Shown here in pieces: positions 36,138 through 46,363 of a stretch of 64,000 nucleotides of DNA. The DNA lies in contig CAVSBQ010000002.1 in assembly GCA_963726265.1 (NCBI GenBank), forward strand, positions 928,001 to 992,000, read 5' to 3'. The position numbers and the translations under genes were made by a program. Position 1 is the stretch's first letter, and every line of letters begins with the position of its first letter. A model generated the notes under the pieces. It saw only the letters and a list, made by a program, of their open reading frames with translations, was not told where the DNA came from and did no database searches. The DNA is from Candidatus Aenigmatarchaeota archaeon. Lineage in GTDB: Archaea > Aenigmatarchaeota > Aenigmatarchaeia > QMZP01 > QMZT01.

Positions 36138-36587
36138 ATGCCAGCCAGGAGCGACAGCGAATACCTGATAATGACCATTTTCCTGATAGGCATAATAATT
36201 TCTATCTACTACCTCATTTCGATGATGACGGCCGGAGCGGACGCCATGGCCATATTCGAGAAGACCATCCTTATCGGCGTGATAATAGCGATACTCATCG
36301 CCCTGGCCATAGTCCTGCTCAAGCAGATGGAGCTCAAGGAGCAGATCGAGGCCATCGGGCAGCCGCAGCCCGGGGCGGCCGCAAAGAGGACGGCGAAAGA
36401 CGTGAAGAGCGATATGATGAGGATATACAGGGACATGGGCGCCATGAAAATCGTCCTCACGGACAAGCTCATAGACAAGGCGACCTACGACAAGGAGAGG
36501 AAGGACCTGGACAAGAGAATCGCCGCTCTGAAAAAGGAATACGAGAAGCTGACGAAGCCAGCAAAGCCAATAAAGCCGAAGAAATAA
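36138..36587 (+). CDS. Two-TM membrane protein with C-terminal coiled coil
   Basis: Two hydrophobic helices and a SHOCT-like LIDKATYDKERKDL segment. Confidence 0.7.
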   Translation: MPARSDSEYLIMTIFLIGIIISIYYLISMMTAGADAMAIFEKTILIGVIIAILIALAIVLLKQMELKEQIEAIGQPQPGAAAKRTAKDVKSDMMRIYRDMGAMKIVLTDKLIDKATYDKERKDLDKRIAALKKEYEKLTKPAKPIKPKK

Positions 36588-36619
36588 GAAACAGATTTCT
36601 TAATTTTGCGCGCCGGACT

Positions 36620-36871
36620 TCAGAGCATCCCGTTCTCTTTCAGGATTCTGGTTATCTTCTCGAGCGAGAGTACCATCGCTTCAAAACGCCTGTTCAGGTC
36701 GTCCGTGAGCTGGTCCGTGTGGTGGCGCTTCTGGTCGAAAACCTTGAGGTCGCGCATGACGCTCTCGAGAGACGTGCATAGCGTGTGCATCTCAGGCCCG
36801 CCCGACTCGGCGCGCGTGTTAAGAAACTTCAACTCGTCGTCTATCTTCCCCGTCAGATTTTTCCTTCCCAT
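36620..36871 (-). CDS. Small hypothetical protein
   Basis: Starts immediately after the htpX stop; host-like codons. Confidence 0.6.
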   Translation of the reverse strand: MGRKNLTGKIDDELKFLNTRAESGGPEMHTLCTSLESVMRDLKVFDQKRHHTDQLTDDLNRRFEAMVLSLEKITRILKENGML

Positions 36872-37681
36872 CTAATCAACCTCCGTCGCCTCAGGCGGCT
36901 CAGGCATGCCCTCGTGGGCCATGTCCTCCAGGCGCTTCGCTCTTCTTGCTGTCGGCGGGTGCGTGGAGAAAAGCCGCGTCATCCCCTCCCTCTTGAAAGG
37001 GTCTATGGTCCATACGCTTTCGTATGCAGGCGAGCCGGACATGGGGTTCTGCCTCGCGGTCTCGCTCATCTTCTTGAGCGCCGAGGCCAGGTCGGCCGGC
37101 TTGCCCGAATACCTCGAGCCGTAGTAGTCAGCATTATATTCCCTTCTCTCGGAAAGCGCGATTTTCAGGAGCGCGACGGCCAGCGGGATGAAAACGACCG
37201 TGTAGCGCAGCACGTTCGCAAGGACGACCGCGACGTCCTGCACCAGCGTGTCGCTGTTCGCTATGTGGCGTATTTCATGCGCCACTACGCTCTCCTTCTC
37301 GCCTTTGTTGAGGCTGAGCAACCCTTCTGTCACGCATACGCTCGCCTTGTTCCCGCGGCCCGTAGCAAAGGCGTTCGGAACGTCAACGGGCGAGATGTAG
37401 ATTCTCGGCGCGGGGATTTTCGCGTTCATGGCCATGCCATCGACTGTTGCGTTGAGCTCCTTGTTTTCGCTGGGCTTCGCATGGTATCTCCTGAGGATTA
37501 TGCCCGGCGCATAAAGATACGCGGCCACCGTCATGAGCAGCGAAATGAGGAAGGCCAGCGCTCCCAGGAAAACCACCGCCCAGGCGCCGAAGAGGAAGCT
37601 GAGAAGGAAGCCTATCGCAGCGCCTATGGCTGTCGAGATTGCAACGAAAAACAGCGAAATGCCTATTGCCCTGAGCGCCAT
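36872..37681 (-). CDS. htpX: HtpX-like M48 zinc protease
   Basis: PNAFATGR, VTEGLL, HEIRH, REYNAD, FSTHPP. Confidence 0.9.
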   Translation of the reverse strand: MALRAIGISLFFVAISTAIGAAIGFLLSFLFGAWAVVFLGALAFLISLLMTVAAYLYAPGIILRRYHAKPSENKELNATVDGMAMNAKIPAPRIYISPVDVPNAFATGRGNKASVCVTEGLLSLNKGEKESVVAHEIRHIANSDTLVQDVAVVLANVLRYTVVFIPLAVALLKIALSERREYNADYYGSRYSGKPADLASALKKMSETARQNPMSGSPAYESVWTIDPFKREGMTRLFSTHPPTARRAKRLEDMAHEGMPEPPEATEVD

Positions 37682-37834
37682 CAAAACACCTGATTTAATG
37701 CCCGGATTTAACCCCGGGCCCATATGAAATTATTGTGCTGTTAACAATAAAAATGGCTGGCAGGGGCGGTAATAAAACAGGAGGAAAGAATACGGAAGAA
37801 GAGAGCTAAGGGTTGTTTAGGCTCCGCGGCCGCC

Positions 37835-40800
37835 TCACTTCTTCTTGAACTTGTCCTTGTCGTATGACATCGGGAACTCGTTTAGCTTGTGATAGCCTTC
37901 CGTGTAGGCTCTTCCCGGCGGAGCAGGCGGCGCGGCCTTCTGGAACGGCAGCGCCTGCGTTGCCGCGGGCGCGGCGGACCTTGATTTGTCGAACTGCGCC
38001 AAGGTCTTCTGCTTCTTGGGCATCTTTATCTTGGAGAACACGTGCTTTATCTTGTGCGTTATCGAGACCTTTTCCTTAGGCACGTAGCCGAGCACAGGAT
38101 GGTATCCTTTCTTCGAGGGCAGCAGGAGATATGCGAGGAAGCCGCCTATCACCACTATCACCACAAGTATCGCCACCAGCGTCATGGTCCCTCCCATGCC
38201 GGCCGGAAGGAAGCCGAAGCCGCCGCCCAAAAGCTGCTCAACCTGCTGCTTGAATTCCGCGAGCGAAACGTTCGCGTCCTTCAGCAGGCTGTTCGCTTCG
38301 AGGTAGTTGCCTGCCTGTATCTTGCTCTCTATGTCCTGGAACATGTTGAGCAGGCGCGCGTAGGTCCTGTTCGCCATCGTGTAGTTGCCTTCCTGGCTTA
38401 CCGGCAGCTGGCTGAACTGCGCCGCTATGGAATTGAAAAGCGTTTTCAGGTCATCCTTGGTCTTGTTTATCTCCGCCTTGGCCTGCTCCTGAGGCTCGAC
38501 CGCGACGGTTATGTCCTGCGTCGCGTAGACGCTCGAGTTCTCGTTCGCATACGTCTTTAACGTTATGGTATGGTAGCCTATTTCAGCCGAAGCTGAGACG
38601 TTGAGGTTGACGGTGAATATGCCCGAATTGCCCGTGTTCAGCGAATAGCTTGCCGGTATGATTTCGCTGGACAGGCCGTCGAAGCCGGTCGCGACTTCCA
38701 GCTTCACCGTATATGAATAGCCGCCCGTGTTCTTGACTGTGATCTTCGTCGAGTTGGAGCTGCCCTGCAGGGCGTAGACCTTTGACGTGTAGTCGGTTAT
38801 TTCAAGCTTGCCCGCGTTTCTGACGCAGATGTGATTGGACGCGGTCCATCCGCTGGGGCAGGTCACGGTCGTGCACGCGCCGTTCTTGCAGTATTGCGTG
38901 CTGGCGCAGCTGGAGTTGCTCGAGCACGTGCTCTGCTGGTTGCCTCCGCCTTCATCCGGGGTATATGACGCGTTGTTCCTCACGGTTACCGTGATGCCGG
39001 TGAGGTTGCCGAAATTGGCCAGGTTTCCCACGCCAATCATCATGCCGCACGGGTCCTGGGTCGTGTCCACAGAGTTCGCCGTTACTCTCCACGTAGCGAG
39101 CAGTTCGTGTCACCAATCATGTGCGCAGGGACATCTATGGAATCACCTGCGGTGTGCTAAGAATCCATGTCGAGCCGGTCGAGTTGCTCAGCGTTAGTTC
39201 CCATGCACGTGCTGTTCGAGCGGTAGATAGTTACGCCCACCTCGCAGGAATACTTGCTGAAAACGACATACGTGTTCGTCGCGGCGAGATGGCCGTAGTT
39301 CTTGAGGTAGACCGTGTAATATGCGGACGTGCCTTCGTTCAGGTCGTCGCCGTAGTTCAGCACGCCTTTCGGCGTGATGGTAAGGCCGGTGTTATTGAGC
39401 TCGATTTGCGTCGTAGCTTGTCGCGCTTCCGCTTATGTTTGCGCCGGTGCCCCCGCCTCCGAGCGCGCTGGTGTTAATCCTCGCGCTGCCCGTGACATAA
39501 TACGCGCCTCCGGGCCTGTTGGAAAGCAGCGTGCCGTTGAAGCTGCAGAAGCTGACGCCTGCCGGGCACACGCTGCTCCACGTCCCGCCTGTGGCGACAT
39601 GCGTGAGATTCTGTCAGCGTCTGGAGCGCGATAAGGTCGAGGATCCGAATAAGGATAGGAAAGATTCCCTTCAATAAGATAAACGCCGTAGAAGTCGCCC
39701 TCGTTCATGAGCCCGTTCGCCGAGAGGACGGTCCCGTTCGCAAGCGCGACGGTCATGTTCACCGTGATGTTGGTGTTGTTCTGGTGCGTCGCGTTCGCGA
39801 GGAACAGCGGGCTCACGCTGGTTATGTTGACGGTGAGGCTGCTGGAAAGGTTGACGTAAAGGTCTATGGTAAACACGTTGAACGGATAGGACGAGTACGA
39901 CGCGTTGGTCGAGTTGGTCGTGTTGAGCCTTATCCAGCCGTGGTAAAGGCCTCCGTCGTTGAGCGTGTTGCTCGTGTTTATGGATATGTTCACCTTCAGC
40001 ACAGCGTTCGAGTTGGCCGTTATGGGATTCGAGGGCCATTCAACGCTGAAGTTCATGTACTGGCCGGTATCCAGCGAAATGTTGTAGCTTGAAGTCGTGT
40101 TGACGAAGGAGACGTCGTAATAGCCGGTGTTGTTTATGGGAAGCGTCAGCTGGAGCACGTCAGCGCCGAGCCTGTTGAAGGCCGTGTTGTCGTATTTGGT
40201 CGTGCTCACGCTGCCCACGCTGTTGTTGACCAGGAGCGTCCCGGCCTTCACGGAGAACGAGAGCGGGATTCTCTTCACCCATTCGGACGTCCTGTAATAA
40301 TCGATGTAACCTGCGTAGGTTCCGTTGGTGACGTTAGGCTGCGGCAGCGAGAGCCTGATGGACACGTTCCTGCTCGCGTTCGCTGCGGAGCCGGTCGCAT
40401 TGAAGGCGAAGCCGTCGGCCGGGTAGTCGGTCGTGAGCCAGAACGACGAGTTGTACCACACGAATATCGTGACGTTATACTTGTCGTCGCTTATGGCCGA
40501 AAGGTTGCCGATTGTGAGCTTCCAGAGCCCGTCATTCGATTCCGTTATCGCTCCGGTGTAAAGGATGTTCTCCTCCTGGGTCGTGGCAGTAAGGTTGCCG
40601 CTCTGGTATTTCCTGGAGATGTTGCCGATGAAGCCGTCGGAGGAATCGTTAAGTCTTATGAACCATTTTGTGGCGCCCTTCCATTCTATCTTCGCCTTTA
40701 TTTTCGTGGCGAAGTGCGGGACCAGGAAGTAATAGGTATCGGTCACGTTCTTCGAGTTCCACGTGTCGACGCGGTAAATCTCCGAGCGCTCCCTGACGCC

Positions 40801-41751
40801 GGACCATTCTCTCGTGTCGAGGTTGGAGATGGTTACGTTGGTCTCGTTCTGGCTGTTAATGGGGTCGAGCGCGCCGAAGTTTATGGACGTTATCTTCTGC
40901 GTGTTATCGCTCCTGCCGGTCACGTTGAGCGTGGTGAAATACATGTCGGCCCTGTAGGGCTGCTGGCTTGTGACGTTGCCCCAGACCCAGAGCTGCCACA
41001 CGTCGCTCGCCGCGGGCAGATCCTTGTTTATCTCCTCGCGGGCGGTGCCGTTCTCGACCGAGCGCACGAGAAGCGTGCCTGCGGAATCGAAAAGGTAAAG
41101 GTCCACGTCTTCCGAGTAGGATGAAAGGTTGAGCGTCACGCCGGTCATGTTCTCCGTGACGCTGGTGTTGAAATAATATTTGTGTATTACGTTCGAATTC
41201 GCGGGCAGGCTGCCTTTCAGGAAGGCGGTCTTGTTGACCGCAACGAACGTGTTGTTCTGGTTGACTGGTATGTTCATGGCCACGCTTACATTGACATGGC
41301 CATAGTAGCCGCCGGTGGCGTTGGTCACGTTGAACATGCCGAAATAGTAGCCGGGCGGGCAGGTCTGGAAAGCGGTGATGTTAATGACGGCGCTGCTGCC
41401 CAGGTTAAGCACAGTACTGTTGTAATAGCCGCTCGCATTCTGCACTATGAATTTCGTCCCGTTCGTGAAGCACCGCACGAAATCAAGGCCGGTATATTCG
41501 CCGGCGCTGTAATTGTTCTGGTCGAAATACTGGGATGCTATGCTCGTGCTCAGGTTGTTTACCTGGAGGTTTTCGCCGTTCAGGTTGGAGCTGATGTTGA
41601 TGAAGGAGGCCGTCCAGTTCAGCGATATGTTGGCGGGCGTCACGTTGAACGTGCCCCCGATGCTTGTTATCGCCGAGCCAGGCAGAACAAAAGCGAATGC
41701 TGCAATCAATACCGCAAAAACCCCCAACAACAGATTGCGTTTAGCCAACAT
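37835..41751 (-). CDS. Large secreted, membrane-anchored glycoprotein (S-layer/adhesin-like, about 1300 aa), broken by several frameshifts at 39070-39660
   Basis: Sec signal peptide, very many N-x-S/T sequons, Ig-like beta repeats, Cys-rich module, C-terminal TM and basic tail. Coding-like text continues across frames. Confidence 0.75.
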
Positions 41752-41848
41752 GACAACCCCCCAACCCATCTACTCCAACCCATCAACTCAAGGTTTGTAA
41801 AATTACAACCGGCCTTAATTAATATTCTATATGATTTATAATATATTT

Positions 41849-42430
41849 ATGCGCGCTAGCACGCTGTCCGCGTTTTTAGGGAAAAGAAAGCTTTTTTTCG
41901 CGCTCATTGCCCTGATTTTTCTGGCATCCTGCGCTTTTATCAGCACGCTTCAGGTCTCGCATGGACCGGTGAAGCTGGAGGGCGACGCCATCGCAGCCGT
42001 CACGGACAGGGATTATTTCCCGTTGGCGAGCGAAGCCATCGCCTCGGCCGAGGAAAGCATCCGCATGATTGTATATGATATGAATTATTACGTTGATTAT
42101 CCCGACAGCAGCGTCAACCTGCTGATAGGGGCGCTGGGCGACGCGGCCGCGAGGGGCGTGGACGTCCGCGTCATCGTAGACGGCAACGCCACCGAAAAGC
42201 CGGTACTGTCCATACTCAAGGAGAGCGGCGTGAACGCGAAATTCGACTCCAAGGAAACGACCACGCATGCGAAACTTATAATAATCGATTCCAAGATAGT
42301 TATAATAGGCTCGACGAACTGGAGCTACTATTCTGTCGAGAAGAACCACGAGGCGAATGTGGTGATAAACTCGCCTGCGCTGGCACGCCAGTTCGAGGCT
42401 TATTTCAACGGCATATGGATGGAAACATGA
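41849..42430 (+). CDS. Phospholipase D / Nuc-like protein (single HKD)
   Basis: HAKLIIID..IIGSTNWS...NHEAN; N-terminal TM or signal. Confidence 0.88.
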   Translation: MRASTLSAFLGKRKLFFALIALIFLASCAFISTLQVSHGPVKLEGDAIAAVTDRDYFPLASEAIASAEESIRMIVYDMNYYVDYPDSSVNLLIGALGDAAARGVDVRVIVDGNATEKPVLSILKESGVNAKFDSKETTTHAKLIIIDSKIVIIGSTNWSYYSVEKNHEANVVINSPALARQFEAYFNGIWMET

Positions 42431-43998
42431 GCGAAAATGTCAAGGAATCCGCGTCCGAAATAGAGGAGCGAAGGGCGAAGCTCGAAGAGCTCAGGAAAAC
42501 GAAAGGCGAGCGCGCCGAGCCCTACAAGAGGCGCTTCGATAAGACGCACATGCTCGCGGAGATAGCTGAAAAGGCGAAGAAGCTGAAGAACGGCGCCTCG
42601 GACAAGAAGTTCGCCGTGTCAGTCGCCGGAAGGCTCAGGTCGATACGCAAGCACGGCAGGCTCATGTTCGCGGATCTCGAAGACTCGTCGGGAAAAATAC
42701 AGCTGTTCGTCGAGGAGAAGGCGCTCGGCCCCGAGAGGTTCAGGTTCTTCGACGCCATGCTCAACACGGGCGACATCGTAGGGGCGAAGGGCTTCGTCAT
42801 GCGCACGCAGCGCGGCGAGCTGAGCGTCGTCGTCAATGATTTCGAGCTGCTCACAAAGTCGCTGCTCCCCCTGCCGAAGGACTGGTACGGCCTCAAGGAC
42901 AAGGAGCTGCGCTATCGAAAGCGATACGTAGACCTGATACTCAACCCCGAAGTGCGCAGGACGTTCGACAGCCGCTCGAAAATCATGCAGGCAATCCGCG
43001 ATTTCATGGGTGAGCGCGGCTTCACGGAAGTCGAAACTCCCATGATCCAGCCTATTTACGGCGGCGCGGCCGCGAGGCCTTTCGAGTCGAAGCTCAACGC
43101 GCTCGACATGAAGGTCTACATGCGCATATCGAACGAGCTTTATCTGAAGCGGCTGATAGTCGGCGGGTATGAAAAGATATTCGAGTTCTCGCGCGACTTC
43201 CGGAACGAAGGGATCGATAAGCTGCACAACCCCGAGTTCACGCAGGTCGAGACCATGTGGGCCTTCGCCGACTACAGGGACAACATGAAGTTCTGCGAGG
43301 AGATGGTGGGCCACATCGCGAAAAGCGTTCTCGGCAAGACGAACATGGTCTATCAGGGGACGGTCATAGAGCTGAAGCCGCCGTGGAAACGCATTCGTTT
43401 CCTCGACGCGGTGAAAGAACATGCGCATGTCAATTTCGAGAAGATGGAGAAATTCGAGGAGGCGAAGAAGGCGGCCGAAAAGCTGGGCGTCGATGGAACG
43501 AAGCTCGCGAAATGCGAGACGTGGGGCGAGGTCGCGATACTCGTCTTCGAGGAACTGGTGCAGCCGAAGCTGATACAGCCCACGCTGGTTTATGATTACC
43601 CAATAGAAGCGGCAGGCCTCGCCAAGATAAAGAAGGAGGAGCCGCGGCTCGCCGAGTCGTTCGAGGCGATAATAAACGGCTGGGAGATGGGCCTTTCCTA
43701 CTGCGAGGAGAACGACCCACAGCGTCTTCGAGCGTACTGGCAGGAGGCGGAGAAGGAGTTCAGGCGCGGCGACGAGGAGGCGCAGCGCTTCGACAGCGAT
43801 TTCATAGAGGCGCTGGAATATGGAATGCCGCCGACCTCGGGGCTGGGAGTCGGCATCGACCGCCTGACGATATTGCTTACGGACTCTGCATCAATCCGTG
43901 ACGTCATCCTCTTCCCGTTCATGAGGCCCGAGGCGCAGGACAAGCCGCCGGAAAAACCCCACGAAAAGAAAAAAGAAGTCGAGGATGAAAGAGAATAA
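42427..43998 (+). CDS. lysS: Lysine--tRNA ligase, class II
   Basis: OB domain, RYRKRYVDLI, EVETPM, YGGAAARPF, FRNEG...HNPEFT, YGMPPTSGLGVGIDRL. Confidence 0.96.
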   Translation: MSENVKESASEIEERRAKLEELRKTKGERAEPYKRRFDKTHMLAEIAEKAKKLKNGASDKKFAVSVAGRLRSIRKHGRLMFADLEDSSGKIQLFVEEKALGPERFRFFDAMLNTGDIVGAKGFVMRTQRGELSVVVNDFELLTKSLLPLPKDWYGLKDKELRYRKRYVDLILNPEVRRTFDSRSKIMQAIRDFMGERGFTEVETPMIQPIYGGAAARPFESKLNALDMKVYMRISNELYLKRLIVGGYEKIFEFSRDFRNEGIDKLHNPEFTQVETMWAFADYRDNMKFCEEMVGHIAKSVLGKTNMVYQGTVIELKPPWKRIRFLDAVKEHAHVNFEKMEKFEEAKKAAEKLGVDGTKLAKCETWGEVAILVFEELVQPKLIQPTLVYDYPIEAAGLAKIKKEEPRLAESFEAIINGWEMGLSYCEENDPQRLRAYWQEAEKEFRRGDEEAQRFDSDFIEALEYGMPPTSGLGVGIDRLTILLTDSASIRDVILFPFMRPEAQDKPPEKPHEKKKEVEDERE

Positions 43999-44053
43999 AC
44001 AATCCTGACTGTTTTTAAATTTTTAAAGCATCGCTGATTCATTATATTACTAT

Positions 44054-44128
44054 GGCCGCGGTGGTGTAGCCTGGTCAGCACAAGGGACTGTGGATCCCTT
44101 AGCCCGAGTTCAAATCTCGGCCGTGGCC
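44054..44128 (+). tRNA. tRNA-His(GTG), intronless, G-1 encoded
   Basis: G-GCCGCGG/CCGTGGC-C, AGGGA-CTGTGGA-TCCCT, TTCAAAT T-loop. Confidence 0.95.
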
Positions 44129-44175
44129 CTTTTTCTTTCAGAAAAAATTCAAGTGTTTTTCAGCTGTTTGTCCGG

Positions 44176-46283
44176 CTACCCCGCGATGCTGCTGACGGCC
44201 TGCTCTATCATGCCGCCGAACATTATCGACGCGCCCAGCGCGACGAGGAAATACATGGTCACCGCGACGATGAGCATCTTGCCCGCGGAATACCACATGT
44301 AGACCTTGTTCTCGCCCTGCGAGATTTTGGTCATGAACATGGCGAGGATTATTATGACCTCTATCAGGTATATGCCTATTATCATCTGGAACATCTCGGG
44401 CGATACGGATGCGCTCCCGCCTCCGGTGAACAGCCCGCTGCTTATGTTTATGGGCAGGCTGCTGCCCGTGCTGAGACTCTGCAGCCGCTGGCTGAGGATT
44501 GAAAGGACCTTTATGATGACCTGCGCCATCGAGACTATGAGGCCGGTCACCATGGGCGTGAGAAGGTAGGCCTGGAACTTCATCGACGAAACCGACTCCT
44601 GCAGCAGGTCGCGGATGTATTCCTGCGTTTCGCGGATGTTTCGCAGGTATTTCGAGACGGTGAGCATCCCTCCGCCGCGTATTTCACGCCCTTCTTCGCG
44701 ATATCGACTATCATGTACATTATGTTCCTTATCAGGCTGCTCGGGTAGAACCTTATCGCTCCCCATTTCTCGTTGAGCATCGCCTCCCTGAAGGTCATGC
44801 CGAGGTTGCGTATGTTGCGCAGGGTGATGGTGAACAGGCCGGTTATGCTCATGTCCTTGACGTCCTCGACGGTCTTCTCCAGCGCAAGCTCGGTCGGCGT
44901 CCCGCCGGAAATCCTGTTGCCCAGCTGGAAAAGCGCGAGTTCGAATTCGCTCTCCGTCTTCAGCACGTCGTCCTGTATCCTCGCCCTCTGGAAGTTCGAT
45001 AGTATGAAATAGCTGGCCATGCCGTAGGCGCCGCCCATTATGAAGAGCATGGACATAATCATGGACATTATGTCATGCGTTCCCCCTCCGGAGAACATGA
45101 CCTCCGGGCTGTTCGAGAAGAACAGCAGCGGGGGCATGATGAACGCCAGGCCTATGACGAGCGAAATCGGCAGCACGGGCATGCTTATTTTCTTGCCGCC
45201 GAATTTCATCATGAAGCTGCCCTTGGCCGGCAGGTCGGGATGCGAGGACGTGTCGACCTCCGAGAAGGTCGTCGGCCTCTTCTTCAGCACGTTGTTGATG
45301 AACCAGATTATGAACAGGGGAAGGATGATGTCGTAGCCGACGAAGAAATACTCCGGTTTCGCGACGTCCGACAGGAACACGGCCGCCATCGGCGCCATGA
45401 CGCTGCCGAGGATGGGGAGCACTATGCCCATCATGTGTATCACGCTGACCGGCATGGTAAGGTCCTGGGCGTAATGCTTCATGCGCGTCTTCGTGCCGTT
45501 GAGGATGACGTCCAGCGCCTCGTCGAGGATTATCTCCGCCTTGTCCGTCGTGTGCGTGCGCGAATCGCGCACGAGCCTCAGCGCCTCGGCGAATTCCTCG
45601 TTCTCCGGCTTCCACTTGGCTATGTAGTCCGTCAGGGCGTGCGAAGCCGAATAGTATTTGCCCATCTCGATGTCCCACAGCAGCTTGCGCATGTCCCAGG
45701 CCAGCGGGCCGGAGACGTTCGCGGCGGAGAAGCGCAGCGCCTGCTCGAGGTTCGGGGTGACGCGCATCGAGACGACCATGTAGAGCACGGCCAGCACGAC
45801 CTGGGAGGACGCTTCGATCCTGTAGGCCTTCATCATGTTGACGGGGTATTTCAGTAAATAGTAGCCCAGCCCGACGCCGGCCATGGACATGAACAGGATG
45901 CCCATCAGCGGGATTATGCCCGCCGCAACAAGCACGACTGAAAGTATGCAGACGAACATGATGGTCAGGACCGTGAGGGACATCACGTCCTTCGGCGTTA
46001 TCCTGATGCTCGTGAATGAGATGGAGTTTTCCAGCTCCTTCCTCGTGCCCTCGTCCGGCGGGTTCACGGAAATGACTTTGCCGGCGAGCCTCGCCAGCCT
46101 TTCGAACCACATCAGCGGCATTTCGTCTTTCTTCTTGAACAGCTTGAACTCCCTTGAAACGATGTCCGGCTGCGCCTCGCCGCGCGGGAAGTAAAGCCGC
46201 TGGCGCCTCTGCATGTCGCTGTCAGGGACGTAGGCCTCGGCTTCCTCGTCCTTCTTTTTTTTCTTGCCGAAAAGGAGCACCAT
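44176..46283 (-). CDS. TadC/ArlJ-like pilus platform membrane protein; one-base frameshift near 44669
   Basis: Two T2SSF-like halves (PNLEQAL..GPLA; LFQLGNRISGGTPTE). KYAAEG joins MLTVSKYL if one base is restored. Downstream of the secretion ATPase. Confidence 0.8.
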
Positions 46284-46363
46284 GTTTATTAATTGTTCTG
46301 GACCGCTTATATTTCAGAAAGCCTTTTGCCCCAAAAGGCCTTGGCAGAAAAATCGGGCGCTTT

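Noticed and set aside
44054..44175. tRNA-His as an integration site for the pilus region
   Set aside because: No integrase and no duplicated tRNA 3' end were seen, and neighbouring genes have host-like composition.
46295..46306. 12-nt match GTTCTGGACCGC to the reverse complement of 13759-13770
   Set aside because: Short enough to occur by chance in 64 kb, and the 13759 copy is explained as an rnhA remnant.
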